In this document: in pieces, positions 48,721 through 58,784 of the stretch | Layout of the letters: each line of letters starts with the position of its first letter | How positions within the stretch are numbered: the stretch's first letter is position 1 | Assembly (NCBI GenBank): GCA_963691875.1 | Contig: OY829846.1 | Span: 4,096,001 to 4,160,000 of the forward strand | DNA from: Aureliella sp. | GTDB lineage: Bacteria; Planctomycetota; Planctomycetia; Pirellulales; Pirellulaceae | Length of the DNA stretch: 64,000 nt | Direction of reading: 5' to 3' | Translations under genes and position numbers: made by a program | The notes under the pieces: generated by a model | The model's database searches: none | Told to the model about the DNA's origin: nothing | Seen by the model: the letters and a program-made list of their open reading frames with translations, nothing else

Positions 48721-48878
48721 TGCGGTCTCCAGATTTGGGCTAGGCAGGATTTAAAGTGGTGAGATAGTTAGCCTAACAGGTGCGACTTACCTAAGTCAAA
48801 ACTTGTTCGCGTCAGCAATGCCCCCTGACTGACCGACTAGTGCAACTTTAGCTCTGTCTGAGCTTACTCTTCAAGAAG

Positions 48879-50138
48879 TTGTTGATTGTGTCTGCTGGCA
48901 TTTTGGATGCAGTGCCGCTCTGGTTGGACGAGCAGCAAGACTGCATGAAGAGCGATTTGGTTGCATTGGCCAACCAGAATTCGGGTTCCGACAATCTGCC
49001 GGGACTCCTTTCCGTTGCGCAGTGGTTGGAAGACTGGTTCTGGCCCGATCCTGCGAATGTTAGTTTTCAGCGAGTTGCGATTCCGCCTCGAAAGTTGGTC
49101 AACGCCCGCGGCGTGGTCGAGCAATTGGAGGCTGGCCCCATTCTTCGCTGGGATTTCCAGCCGAAAGCCAAGCGCCGAGTGCTGCTGATGATCCATTACG
49201 ACACTGTTTTTGGTGTCGATCACGTGTTTCAAGCTTGCCGAGACATTGAAGAAGACAAATTAGGTGGTCCAGGAGTCGCTGACGCCAAGGGTGGCATTGT
49301 GGTGATTCGAAACGCCCTGCAAGCACTGCATCAAAACGGGTGGCAGCCAGATATTGGTTGGACTGTCATCCTCAATCCTGATGAAGAAGTCGGCTCCCTC
49401 AGCTCGACCGGCTACATGGCGCAGGTAGCAAACGCTTTCGATTTCGGCCTGCTGTTTGAGCCAAGTTTGCCAAGCGGCGAATTAGTCTCCAATCGAAAAG
49501 GCTCTGGCAACTTCGATTTCGTCGTCCGCGGTAGGGCGGCGCACGCCGGCAGGCACTTTGAAGATGGTCGAAACGCAGTCGCTTTGCTTTCGCGAGTCTT
49601 GGTACAGCTGGATGATCTGAACGGTCAGCGAAAAGGCACGACCATCAATGTCGGGGCAGTGCAGGGAGGTGGCCCAGTCAACATCGTACCTGATCTCGCC
49701 ATCGGAAGGTTTAACGCACGCGTGCTGGATCAAGAGAGTCAGTGGTGGTTTGAGGGGAAGTTAAAGCAAATCATCGAGGCCGCGAACCAGCAAGAGGGGC
49801 TTTCGGTCGAGCTTCATGGTGGTGTGACTTCACCTCCAAAGCAACTGACTCCAGAGATCGAGAGTTTGATGCGAGCGATCGAGACGGTTTACAGAGAGCA
49901 ACTCGGCAAGCCGCTAGCTTGGCGAGCCACCGGCGGTGTATGCGATGGCAACAAGCTCGCCGCAGCTGGCTTGCCAAACATCGATACATTAGGGCCGGTT
50001 GGCGACGGACTGCACAGTTCCAAAGAATGGGTGCAGCCGAGTTCGTTGGCAGAGAAAGCATATGTGATCGCTTCCATTTTGGAACGATACGATCGAGGCG
50101 AGTTTGAAGAGTTGGCTCGCGTTAGACAGAGAACCTGA
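48879..50138 (+). CDS. M20/M25/M40 family metallo-hydrolase (carboxypeptidase G2-like)
   Basis: HYDTV, GPGVADAKGG, DEEVGS, FEP, GRAAHAG, HSSKE; start codon uncertain (48879 or 48888). Confidence 0.88.
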   Translation: MLIVSAGILDAVPLWLDEQQDCMKSDLVALANQNSGSDNLPGLLSVAQWLEDWFWPDPANVSFQRVAIPPRKLVNARGVVEQLEAGPILRWDFQPKAKRRVLLMIHYDTVFGVDHVFQACRDIEEDKLGGPGVADAKGGIVVIRNALQALHQNGWQPDIGWTVILNPDEEVGSLSSTGYMAQVANAFDFGLLFEPSLPSGELVSNRKGSGNFDFVVRGRAAHAGRHFEDGRNAVALLSRVLVQLDDLNGQRKGTTINVGAVQGGGPVNIVPDLAIGRFNARVLDQESQWWFEGKLKQIIEAANQQEGLSVELHGGVTSPPKQLTPEIESLMRAIETVYREQLGKPLAWRATGGVCDGNKLAAAGLPNIDTLGPVGDGLHSSKEWVQPSSLAEKAYVIASILERYDRGEFEELARVRQRT

Positions 50139-50203
50139 AGTGTCAGCGAGGAACGCTTACGAGCGAACAGATCTCGCATTGCGTTGTGAATGATAATTGG
50201 GCG

Positions 50204-50256
50204 GTAGTGTATTTCGCCAGGATTCCCCTTCGTAGGATTTCTAGCGAATCCCACTA
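50204..50256. repeat. Degenerate family B REP-like doublet
   Basis: GTAGTGTATTTCGCCAGGATTC ... GATTTCTAGCGAATCCCACTA resembles 47618-47682. Confidence 0.7.
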
Positions 50257-50288
50257 TATGGATGATTTGTTTCTATAAGGCAGATTTG

Positions 50289-51695
50289 ATGGTGGATAAT
50301 TCGAATTCCAGGCTACTGGGTGATCAACTGCGAAATGACCCTCGTGTGGCGCAGGCCGAGCAGCTTTTACTTGATGCATTGGCGGATGCTCAAGCTGAAC
50401 TTATTGGTCCCAAGCCTCCGCAGCCTGAACTGCAATCCGAATCGGAGAAGTTGCTGGAGCGGTTGGCTTCAGCTCGGGGTGGTGCGACCTACTTTCCGTA
50501 CCTTTCTAGCGGTCTCGGGTCGGGGCCGTGGGTCGAACTAATGGACGGCAGCGTCAAGCTGGATTTCATCACGGGCATTGGCGTGCACGGCATGGGCCAT
50601 AGTCATCCCGACTTGGTCAAAGCCGTGATGCAGTCGGCACTCGACGACACGGTCATGCAAGGCAATTTGCAGCACAATGTGCCTTCGCTAAAAATGTGCG
50701 AGAAGTTGGTCAGCTTGGCCAAGGCTCACGGCTCAACTCTCGCGCACTGCCTGCTGACGACCAGTGGTGCGATGGCGAACGAAAACGCACTCAAGATTGC
50801 TTTTCATAATCGCGCACCCGCAGATCGAGTCATCACGCTGGACAATTGCTTTGCCGGTCGAACCATCGCGATGGCTCAGTTGACCGATCGTCCGCTGTAT
50901 CGCATCGGTGTTCCAACTGCTTTGGCCGTGGATTATCTTCCACCTGCCGACCCGGAACTGTCTGATGCATCGCAAGAATGCTCTTTGGCGGCACTTGATA
51001 AGTTGCTGAAGCGACATCCCGGCAAGTATGCCGCGCTGTGGCTTGAATTGGTCGCAGGCGAGGGCGGTTACTACGCGGGTTCGAAGGAGTACTTTGAAAA
51101 GTTAATTGCTCGGGCCAAGGAAGACAACGTCCTGATCATCTTTGATGAAGTGCAAACATTTGGTCGTCTCAGTCGTCCTTTTGCCTTCCAGCATTTCGAG
51201 TTAGACGCACACGCGGATATCGTCACCGTCGGAAAAATTACGCAACTTTGTGCGACTCTCTATCGCGAAGAACTCAAGCCGAAGGGGGCGTTGCTAAGCC
51301 AGACGTTTACGGCCGCAAGCAGTTCTCTAGAAGCATCGCTTGCAGCTTTGGCTGCGATGGAGCAGGCGGGATGTTTTGGAGCGGACAGTAGCAACATGTC
51401 CTTGCATGATTACTTCGCAAGGAAGCTACAAGGATTGGCGGCCAAGCACCCTGGTAAGATTGCCGGACCTCACGGCTGCGGGATGATGATCGCCGTGACA
51501 CCAGGCGACGGAACGGCTCAAGCTGCAAGAGAGATGGTCCATGCCTTTTATGAGGCGGGCTTGATGAGTTTCGTTGCGGGCGGTAGTCCTGCTCGTGTTC
51601 GTTTCCTGCCACCACCAGCAGTGACGACTCAAGAGCATATTGATGTCGCGGTAGACATTATGGATGGTGCGTTGGCAGGTTTGTATGACGGGTAG
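50289..51695 (+). CDS. Class III PLP aminotransferase, probable succinylornithine transaminase (AstC role)
   Basis: GHSHP, SGAMANENALK, FAGRT, FDEVQT, DIVTVGK; located in the ast cluster. Confidence 0.85.
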   Translation: MVDNSNSRLLGDQLRNDPRVAQAEQLLLDALADAQAELIGPKPPQPELQSESEKLLERLASARGGATYFPYLSSGLGSGPWVELMDGSVKLDFITGIGVHGMGHSHPDLVKAVMQSALDDTVMQGNLQHNVPSLKMCEKLVSLAKAHGSTLAHCLLTTSGAMANENALKIAFHNRAPADRVITLDNCFAGRTIAMAQLTDRPLYRIGVPTALAVDYLPPADPELSDASQECSLAALDKLLKRHPGKYAALWLELVAGEGGYYAGSKEYFEKLIARAKEDNVLIIFDEVQTFGRLSRPFAFQHFELDAHADIVTVGKITQLCATLYREELKPKGALLSQTFTAASSSLEASLAALAAMEQAGCFGADSSNMSLHDYFARKLQGLAAKHPGKIAGPHGCGMMIAVTPGDGTAQAAREMVHAFYEAGLMSFVAGGSPARVRFLPPPAVTTQEHIDVAVDIMDGALAGLYDG

Positions 51696-51930
51696 TGGGG
51701 AAGTCAGGTAAGTGGTGAGCGTTGGTAGCTACTCTCCTTCCTGCGTAGCAGCTTCCTGGCACTGCAGCTCGCTTCGTTCGCGAGAGTCGGGAACTCCCCG
51801 GGTCCGGAGAGGGTTCATCGCTCGCTAACGCCCAGCCGCAGGCGCCGACTTGCTCCAGCATACGGCTTGCCTTGCTTTGTAAGAGAGGATTTGGAGCTAT
51901 GTTCCAGGATTTGTGACCTCAGCCACTACC

Positions 51931-51957
51931 GCCGAAAGTCTTGACGAAATCCGTTAC
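51931..51957 (-). repeat. REP-like repeat, family A copy
   Basis: GCCGAAAGTCTTGACGAAATCCGTTAC. Confidence 0.75.
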
Positions 51958-52041
51958 CGGAACAGTCGGGCCCGTTCGCTTGCACGTCGCGGCTCGCTGG
52001 TAAACCAAGAACGGCTTCTCGAACCGAATTGGAGTTGAATT

Positions 52042-53064
52042 TTGGAGTTTATTCGAGCAGTACAATTAGAAGACTTGGATCAGCTTTGGGAGCTGATCCA
52101 ACGCGCAAGCCATGGCCTGACGACTTTGCAGCTGAATATTGATCAGCTGCGGGATCGCGTCGAAACATCGAACTTTGCATTTACGCGTCAGACCGAAAAA
52201 GTCTCCGGCGAGCCCTACGTGTTCGTGTTAGAGGACACCGAAATTGGCAAGATCATGGGCGTGTCCTGCATCTTCAGCAAGATCGGTGGCTTCGAGCCCT
52301 TCTACAGCTATCGTCGTGTGACCGAGCAAAAGCAGTGTGAATTGCTCGACATGACGCAGGAAGTCGAATCCTTGCACCTGACTCGCATTCACGATGGTCC
52401 GACTGAGATCGGTAGTCTGTTCTTGCTGCCTGAGTATCGCGGTCAGGGTCGCGGTCGTCTCTTGAGCCTGTGCCGCTTCATGTTCATGGCCAGCAATCCA
52501 CGCCGCTTTGCAGATTCTGTCGTCGCTGAAATGCGGGGAGTTCTTTCTGAGTCAGGTGAGAGTCCTTTTTGGGAAGCCATCGGGCGTCACTTCTTCAATA
52601 TGGAATTTCCGGCGGCAGATCGGCTGTCTGCACTGAACAAAAAGTTCATCGAGAACTTGATGCCGAGTTATCCGATCTACACTAGTATGCTGCCGCAAAA
52701 AGCATTCGATGTGATGGGGCATGTGCACAAGCATACCGAACCTGCATTGGCCATGCTCAAGGGCGAAGGCTTCCAAGAAAACGGCCTCGTGGGAATCTTC
52801 GATGCAGGACCCATTGTCGAGTGTGTTCGCGATGATATCGATGCCGTGCGACGAACCGAGCAGAGTGTTGTGGCTGAGATTGCGAAGGATGTGGAGGGGC
52901 AGCGCGTAATCGTGTCTTCCGAGCAAGGCGGTTTTCGCGCGACGCTTGGTGAAACCGAAGCCGTTGATGGTGGACTGCGAATCAGCCAAGTCACAGCACT
53001 CACGCTACAAGTCAAAGTCGGCGAGCCGGTCGGTCGGTTGGCACTTTATCCCGAACGGAAATAA
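52042..53064 (+). CDS. astA: Arginine N-succinyltransferase
   Basis: GLTTL, YVFVLED, TEIGSLFL, LLSLCRF, AEMRG..SPFW..GRHFF, FDAGP; TTG start with GGAG SD. Confidence 0.93.
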   Translation: MEFIRAVQLEDLDQLWELIQRASHGLTTLQLNIDQLRDRVETSNFAFTRQTEKVSGEPYVFVLEDTEIGKIMGVSCIFSKIGGFEPFYSYRRVTEQKQCELLDMTQEVESLHLTRIHDGPTEIGSLFLLPEYRGQGRGRLLSLCRFMFMASNPRRFADSVVAEMRGVLSESGESPFWEAIGRHFFNMEFPAADRLSALNKKFIENLMPSYPIYTSMLPQKAFDVMGHVHKHTEPALAMLKGEGFQENGLVGIFDAGPIVECVRDDIDAVRRTEQSVVAEIAKDVEGQRVIVSSEQGGFRATLGETEAVDGGLRISQVTALTLQVKVGEPVGRLALYPERK

Positions 53065-53094
53065 ACTCTAAGAAAAATCGAAGGAATCCTAGGA

Positions 53095-54585
53095 ATGCAA
53101 ACGCCCATCGAAGGCAAGCAGTTTATCGCTGGCAAGTGGGTTCCGGGCGAAGGCCCTGAGTGGAAGCGCGAAGCTCCTGGCGATGGCTCAGTGACTTGGC
53201 AAGGCAACTGGGCGTCGGAATTGCAGGCTCAGGCAGCTATCGACGCAGCTCGTGCGGTATTTGAAGACTGGTCCGACTGCAGCCTGGAAGATCGCATCGC
53301 AATCTGTCAGAAGTTTGCCGACATCATCACCGAACGGAAAGAGGAACTCGCGACGCTGATCGCGACCGAGAACGGAAAGCCTCTTTGGGAAGCTCGAACA
53401 GAAGTAGCAGCTTCGCTTGGCAAGGTCAGCAATTCGGTGCAGTCGATTCAAGAACGCCGTTGGACGACGACCGAACAACTTGGCGAGTTTACAGCCGTCA
53501 CACGCTATCGTCCGCACGGCGTAATGTTTGTCATCGGGCCTTTCAACTTTCCTTCCCACGTTCCCGGCGGACACATCATTCCGGCTTTGCTCGCCGGCAA
53601 CACGATTGTCTTTAAGCCCAGCGAATTTGTTTCGGGCGTAGGACAGTGGTTGTGCCAAGTCTGGGAGGAAACCGGTCTGCCAGCTGGCGTATTGAACTTA
53701 GTTCACGGCCGAGGCGACGTTGGCAACGTAGCGGTTGAAAGTCCGCTCGTCGCTGGCGTGCTGTTTACAGGTAGCCAGAAAGTCGGCACTTTGTTGCACG
53801 AGAAGATGGCCGGGCAGACGCATCGTGTTTTGGCCCTGGAAATGGGCGGCAACAATCCGCTCGTGGTGCACAACACAAGCGATATTCGAGGCGCTGCGAT
53901 CACGACGATTCTGTCGGCATTTATCACTTCTGGCCAGCGATGTACTTGCTCTCGGCGTTTGATCATCAGTGGCGATGAAACCTACGAAGCGTTGGTTAGT
54001 GAACTGCAAGAATTGATTCCGCAAATCAAGACCGGTCTCTCGCTCGCAGATCCTCAGCCCTTCATGGGGCCATTGATTCACCGCCAAGCTGCCGAAACTA
54101 TGTTGGCCGCGGAGAAGTCGATTCTCGAGGGCGGCGCGAAGTCGTTGGTGAAGATGCAGCAAGACGCATCCTGCCCTGCCATCCTCTCTCCTGCCATGAT
54201 TGAGATGGGCGAAGCTCAGGATATCGGCGACTGCGAGTTCTTCGGGCCGTTGCTGATGGTTCGCAGAGCGGCCGACTTAAAGGAAGCGGTGCGCATGGCA
54301 AGCGATACAGCTTATGGGCTGTCCGCTGGATTTATTGGTGACGAAGAAAGTGACTTCCACTACTTCATCAATCGCGTGCGTGCGGGAATCGTCAACTGGA
54401 ATCGCCAGACAACCGGCGCCAGCGGTAAGCTTCCGTTTGGTGGTGCCGGCATCAGCGGCAATCATCATCCGAGTGGTTTTCATGCGGCAGACTATTGTTC
54501 ATTCCCGATGGCGTCGTTGGAGAGCTCCGAGTTGAGCGAAGCCAAGAAGGCGATGCCTGGACTGGAGTTTGGAAGCGATGCTTGA
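53095..54585 (+). CDS. astD: N-succinylglutamate 5-semialdehyde dehydrogenase
   Basis: GKPLWEA.TE, GPFNFP.H, LALEMGGNN, GQRCTC, NWNRQTTGAS. Confidence 0.93.
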   Translation: MQTPIEGKQFIAGKWVPGEGPEWKREAPGDGSVTWQGNWASELQAQAAIDAARAVFEDWSDCSLEDRIAICQKFADIITERKEELATLIATENGKPLWEARTEVAASLGKVSNSVQSIQERRWTTTEQLGEFTAVTRYRPHGVMFVIGPFNFPSHVPGGHIIPALLAGNTIVFKPSEFVSGVGQWLCQVWEETGLPAGVLNLVHGRGDVGNVAVESPLVAGVLFTGSQKVGTLLHEKMAGQTHRVLALEMGGNNPLVVHNTSDIRGAAITTILSAFITSGQRCTCSRRLIISGDETYEALVSELQELIPQIKTGLSLADPQPFMGPLIHRQAAETMLAAEKSILEGGAKSLVKMQQDASCPAILSPAMIEMGEAQDIGDCEFFGPLLMVRRAADLKEAVRMASDTAYGLSAGFIGDEESDFHYFINRVRAGIVNWNRQTTGASGKLPFGGAGISGNHHPSGFHAADYCSFPMASLESSELSEAKKAMPGLEFGSDA

Positions 54586-55981
54586 GGCAAACATTGATGC
54601 TATCGTTGGACCATCACACCACTTTGGCGGCTTGGGAGTCGGCAATGTGGCGTCGCAGTCCCATGCCAGTACGCCAAGCTCGCCGAAGAAAGCGGCGTTG
54701 GAAGGACTGCATAAAGCGGAAATCGTCGCAGGCCTTGGTGTTCCGCAATTTTTGTTTCTGCCGCCCATGCGACCGCGCTTGGATTTGCTGAGCCGATTGG
54801 GTTTCGTTGGCAGTGAGCAAGAACAACTCGAGCAGGCCGCAGAGCGTATGCCTCGTGCTGTATCGGCATGTTTTAGCAGCGCCTTTATGTGGGCCGCGAA
54901 TTCCTCTACGGTTTCGCCGAGCAGTGATAGCTCCGACGGTCAGCTGCACTTCACGCCAGCCAACTTGATCAGCAGTTGGCACCGAGCTTTCGAAGCGGAA
55001 GAGCGCCAGCGTGACTTGCAGGAAATCTTTGGCAATGTTGATCGAGCCAACGTGCATCAAGCCTTGCCCAATATCGCTCCATTGCGTGATGAGGGAGCGG
55101 CGAATCACATGCGGCTTTGTGATGCGAGCGGCGAGAAGGCGCTCCATGTGTTTGTGCATGGTGAGGCGGAAGCCAGCGATGTGCGTCCCGGAAGATTCTT
55201 GGCACGTCACACTATGGAGTGCTCTCAGGGTTTGGCGCAGCTGGGCCGTTTACAAACCGAGCAAACTTTTTTCTTGCATCAGCACCCACAAGCGATATCA
55301 GCCGGAGTGTTTCACAACGACGTCATTGCGACCAGTCATCAGAATGTGCTGATTCATCATGAGTTGGCTTTCTGGGAGGCGGAATCGGAACTTGAACGTT
55401 TGGAACAGTGTTTTGTATCGTATGCAGGTCAGCCACTTTGCCGAATAGAAGTTAGTCAGGCTGTGTTGCCGATGGAAGAGGCGGTGGCGAGCTACTTTTT
55501 CAATAGTCAGCTTCTGAGCCCGTCTCAATTTGCAGGTAGCGGAGGTCGTCAAGACCTTCGGCAAGTCGCAGGAGCTGTGGGTGCCGCCGAAAGTCTTGAC
55601 GACTTCGGCTACGATGCTTCGGCTATGGTTTTAGTATGTCCCGGTCAATGCCAGGAGATTGACTCGGCACGCCAGCTAATCGAACGATTGATTGCTGACC
55701 CTGGCAATCCGATCTCGGCTGTTCACTACGTTTCCTTGGCGGAAAGCATGGCCAACGGCGGCGGTCCAGCCTGTTTGCGCCTGCGAGTGTCACTTAGGGA
55801 GGAAGAACTTGCCCAGGTCGATTCTCGTTTTCGCGTCACGCCAGATAGTCTCGCCAAGCTTCGATCAGCGATAGAACGCGACTATCCTGATCGTTTGGTG
55901 GCAAGTGATTTTCTAAATGCCGACTGTCGTCAGCACATACGACGCGCTACCGATCGCTTGCGCAGCGCGCTTCTTGGCTAA
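54578..55981 (+). CDS. astB: N-succinylarginine dihydrolase
   Basis: GNVAS, MWAAN, DEGAANH, GVFHNDVI, FNSQL, SMANGGGPACLRLRV. Confidence 0.95.
   Translation: MLEANIDAIVGPSHHFGGLGVGNVASQSHASTPSSPKKAALEGLHKAEIVAGLGVPQFLFLPPMRPRLDLLSRLGFVGSEQEQLEQAAERMPRAVSACFSSAFMWAANSSTVSPSSDSSDGQLHFTPANLISSWHRAFEAEERQRDLQEIFGNVDRANVHQALPNIAPLRDEGAANHMRLCDASGEKALHVFVHGEAEASDVRPGRFLARHTMECSQGLAQLGRLQTEQTFFLHQHPQAISAGVFHNDVIATSHQNVLIHHELAFWEAESELERLEQCFVSYAGQPLCRIEVSQAVLPMEEAVASYFFNSQLLSPSQFAGSGGRQDLRQVAGAVGAAESLDDFGYDASAMVLVCPGQCQEIDSARQLIERLIADPGNPISAVHYVSLAESMANGGGPACLRLRVSLREEELAQVDSRFRVTPDSLAKLRSAIERDYPDRLVASDFLNADCRQHIRRATDRLRSALLG
55536..55612. repeat. Family A REP-like inverted doublet inside astB
   Basis: GTAGCGGAGGTCGTCAAGACCTTCGGC / GCCGAAAGTCTTGACGACTTCGGCTAC, 24 of 27 complementary, 23-nt spacer. 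Confidence 0.9.
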
Positions 55982-56032
55982 GCCGAGGGAGAAACTCGGT
56001 TAACGCCGAGCCGCAGGCTTACTTTGGTTGCG

Positions 56033-56059
56033 GTAGCGGAGCTCGTCAGGAGTTTCGGC
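56033..56059 (+). repeat. Degenerate family A copy
   Basis: GTAGCGGAGCTCGTCAGGAGTTTCGGC. Confidence 0.65.
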
Positions 56060-56155
56060 TTCGGGTGTAACACGTAGCGAGGGAGTCCGTTGTTTTCCAG
56101 CTGGATCGGCGGCAATGAGACAATGGAACTCCTTTGGAATCGCAGAAACGTAAAG

Positions 56156-56182
56156 CACCTACATGCATAACGCATGTAGGTG
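56156..56182. other. Perfect 11-bp inverted repeat between convergent genes (possible terminator or binding site)
   Basis: CACCTACATGC-ATAAC-GCATGTAGGTG; no U-tract on either side. Confidence 0.5.
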
Positions 56183-56341
56183 TCGCTAGGTTCTAGAAAG
56201 GTATTGAGGGGCGGCTTATTTAGTTGGTTCGGCGAGACGGTACTTCGCAGGTTTTACATCGCTGCAATGACTAGCATCATCGCTGGACGGATCTACAAGT
56301 TGCCCTGCGATACCCTGGTCTGGTTGGACTGGCTGAGGCGC

Positions 56342-58352
56342 CTAATCCTGCTCATCCATCAATCGTGGCTCGATGAGCACGACCGTGTAAGTCGTTTGCT
56401 TTGCTGCAGCAACGTTCTTGAAAAGCTTGCCAATATAGGGAATTCCGTTGAGACCACTTTTCAATTCCTTTGTAACCACCTCCGTATGGGGACCGTGGCA
56501 AATGGCAAAAGAAGTTTGGTCTTTGAGGTCTAACTTTGTTCCGACGGTGACGAAACGGGATTTGTAACGAGGCTGTTGGACCGTGACCGGCTCTTTCATG
56601 CCCTTAATCTCAAAAGTGAAATCGTCCGCACCATATACTTTGGGTTCTCTTAGGCTGAATTCGAGATCCAACTCGTTCTCAGAGACAATCGTCCCAGTCA
56701 GGCGAAGTTTGACTCCGCTTTCTAGCAGGGTGATTACGGGTTGTACGGCCACCTTGCCGTCTTTGCTTCTCATCGGTCTGACACTTGTTACGAAAGGATG
56801 CTCTGAGCCCGAGGTCATCTCACAAGAAGTTCCATCCAAAGCTGTTATTGTCGGAGCTGACAACGACTCCCCATGGGTTAAGACGGCTTCCAGATCTTCT
56901 GCTTCTGGATTGATGACAGTCTTCGTCTCTCCAGCAGGCGCGGTTACTGGCGTAAATTTCGCTTGCACCACTTCGCCGTCTCTATCCAGCTGGTTCACTT
57001 TGATTGCTTCCGCCGTCACCCAATCCTGACAGTGCTTCTCAGCGATTTCCGCTGGCACTTTGAGAAGCTTGATGTCGAATTGGATGACGCGCCCCGAAGG
57101 CGATTGTTGCAGTGGTCGGCTAGGTGGGAGTCGAACAGGGTGATGTTGAACAACACCTGGAATCGGTTGCTATTCTGGCGGGAAAGCAAAGTCTACGTGT
57201 TTGGCCAGTGGTTTGCCCTCAGACTCTTTGGCTTCCGCAGCTTGAGGAAGCGGAACACCAATCTGAGCAGGCGGCAGTCGCTTTCCTTCTTGAGCGAGGG
57301 TAAACGCTGCACCTGGAAGGCATAGTAGTGCGGCCGCGGCGAAGGCGGCGGGAACCCACCATGGCCTTCGTGCTTGACATCCTTGTCGTAAACACATGAT
57401 TTTCTTCAATCTTTTGGTAGTAATATCAACCCGACGTATCCCAGGCAGCAACGGTGCCGCCCGCAGGAAGTGTTTGAGTTCTAAAACGGCTAGCAGTGAT
57501 TTGGCATAGTCGGCTGGATCGATACCGAGCGCGGCAATGGTTTCTTCGTCGCAGCACTTCTCTGCTTCTTGGTCCAAGAATCGCGATGCGATCCAGGCAA
57601 AAGGATTGCACCAGAGTATGCTCGACGCGGTGACTCGAAGTGCGGACCAAAATAAATCGCCTCTGCGCAAATGCACGAGCTCGTGAGTGATGAATACCTT
57701 CAATCGTTCCGTGCTAAGGCGTCTGGCCAGCGCCTCAGGCAATAGGATGACTGGGCGCAAAATACCCATGACGGCAGGGCCAACGTGCGACTGAGTGAGG
57801 TGTACTCGCACTTGACGCTTCAGCCCGAGTTCCAATGCTTTTTCATTCGTGAGTGCTTGGATTTCACTCTGTGCCTGAAGGTCGCTACTCTTGGTTCGAT
57901 GCAGCAAGCGGCGGAATGCTAGCAGTTTCATGGCTGCAATCGTGCCGACTATCGCGACGCCGACTAACCAAGAACTGATAGCAATCGAGACTGCAAGCTG
58001 TGCGACGTCAAATGCGATAGGATTTGATGTAGAAGCTTGTGTTTCAACCGGGGGAATAGGAACACCCACTACGTTTGGCACAGGCTCAAAGTGCTGAACG
58101 GTCCAAGCGACTTGCTCGACTGCCGAAGGTGAACTAGCGTCAAGTAAGCTTCCTGCAAAACACGAGAACAGGCTTGTCGGGCTCGCAACCACTGGCGGTG
58201 TCACACACTTGAGCAATCCGCGCCCACAGAGCGTGGTTGAGGTGCGATCGCTGTTTCGTCCAGTGGCGAGTGATCAACCATACCACACAAGCGAGAAACG
58301 CGACTTGAACGCACTGTGATATCAACATGCGCAGGAGTTCCACGGACATCAT
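56342..58352 (-). pseudogene. BlaR1/M56 family peptidase fused to a secretin-like C-terminal domain, disrupted
   Basis: HELVH zinc motif, GPAVMG..RP.ILLP, E.CCD; frameshift at 58217-58220 and in-frame TAG at 57170-57172, after which the same frame continues open to 56342. Confidence 0.85.
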
Positions 58353-58747
58353 GATTCACCTCCTTGTTTTTTCTCCGAGTCGAGGCGTTCGATCAGGGAA
58401 CGTAGTTCCTCGATTTCATCCGAGTCGATGCCTCGCTCCTCGATGAGGTGACGGACCAACGGCATGGAGTCGCCACCGAAGAGACGCTCGACGAGGTCGT
58501 CTACCGTCTCGCGAATAACGGTTTTGGGGCGCGCCGCCGCTGTATAGAGGCGAGCTCGATTCTGTAGCTCGGAGCAGGCGTAGCCTTTGCCTTCGATTCG
58601 GCGCAGATAAGTCTGGACCGTTGCAAAGTCGATGAGCCGACGCTGCTCCATAGCCGCGTGTATCTCGCGAACCGTGGCGGGGCCGATCTCCCACAAGACC
58701 CGGGCCACCTCCATTTCGCTCTTGGAGAGGGAAGGTCGTTCCGTCAT
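58349..58747 (-). CDS. BlaI/MecI/CopY family transcriptional repressor
   Basis: LSKSEMEV..LW, ATVREI, TVQTYLRR..KG, LVERLFGG; stop overlaps the M56 start. Confidence 0.93.
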   Translation of the reverse strand: MTERPSLSKSEMEVARVLWEIGPATVREIHAAMEQRRLIDFATVQTYLRRIEGKGYACSELQNRARLYTAAARPKTVIRETVDDLVERLFGGDSMPLVRHLIEERGIDSDEIEELRSLIERLDSEKKQGGES

Positions 58748-58784
58748 GACATCCTTGTCCGTATGTTCTCGATTCCGGATTCGA

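Noticed and set aside
57170..57172. Programmed TAG readthrough (pyrrolysine or recoding) in the M56 gene
   Set aside because: The same gene also has a frameshift, and TAG is a normal stop in many other genes here; a nonsense mutation is simpler.
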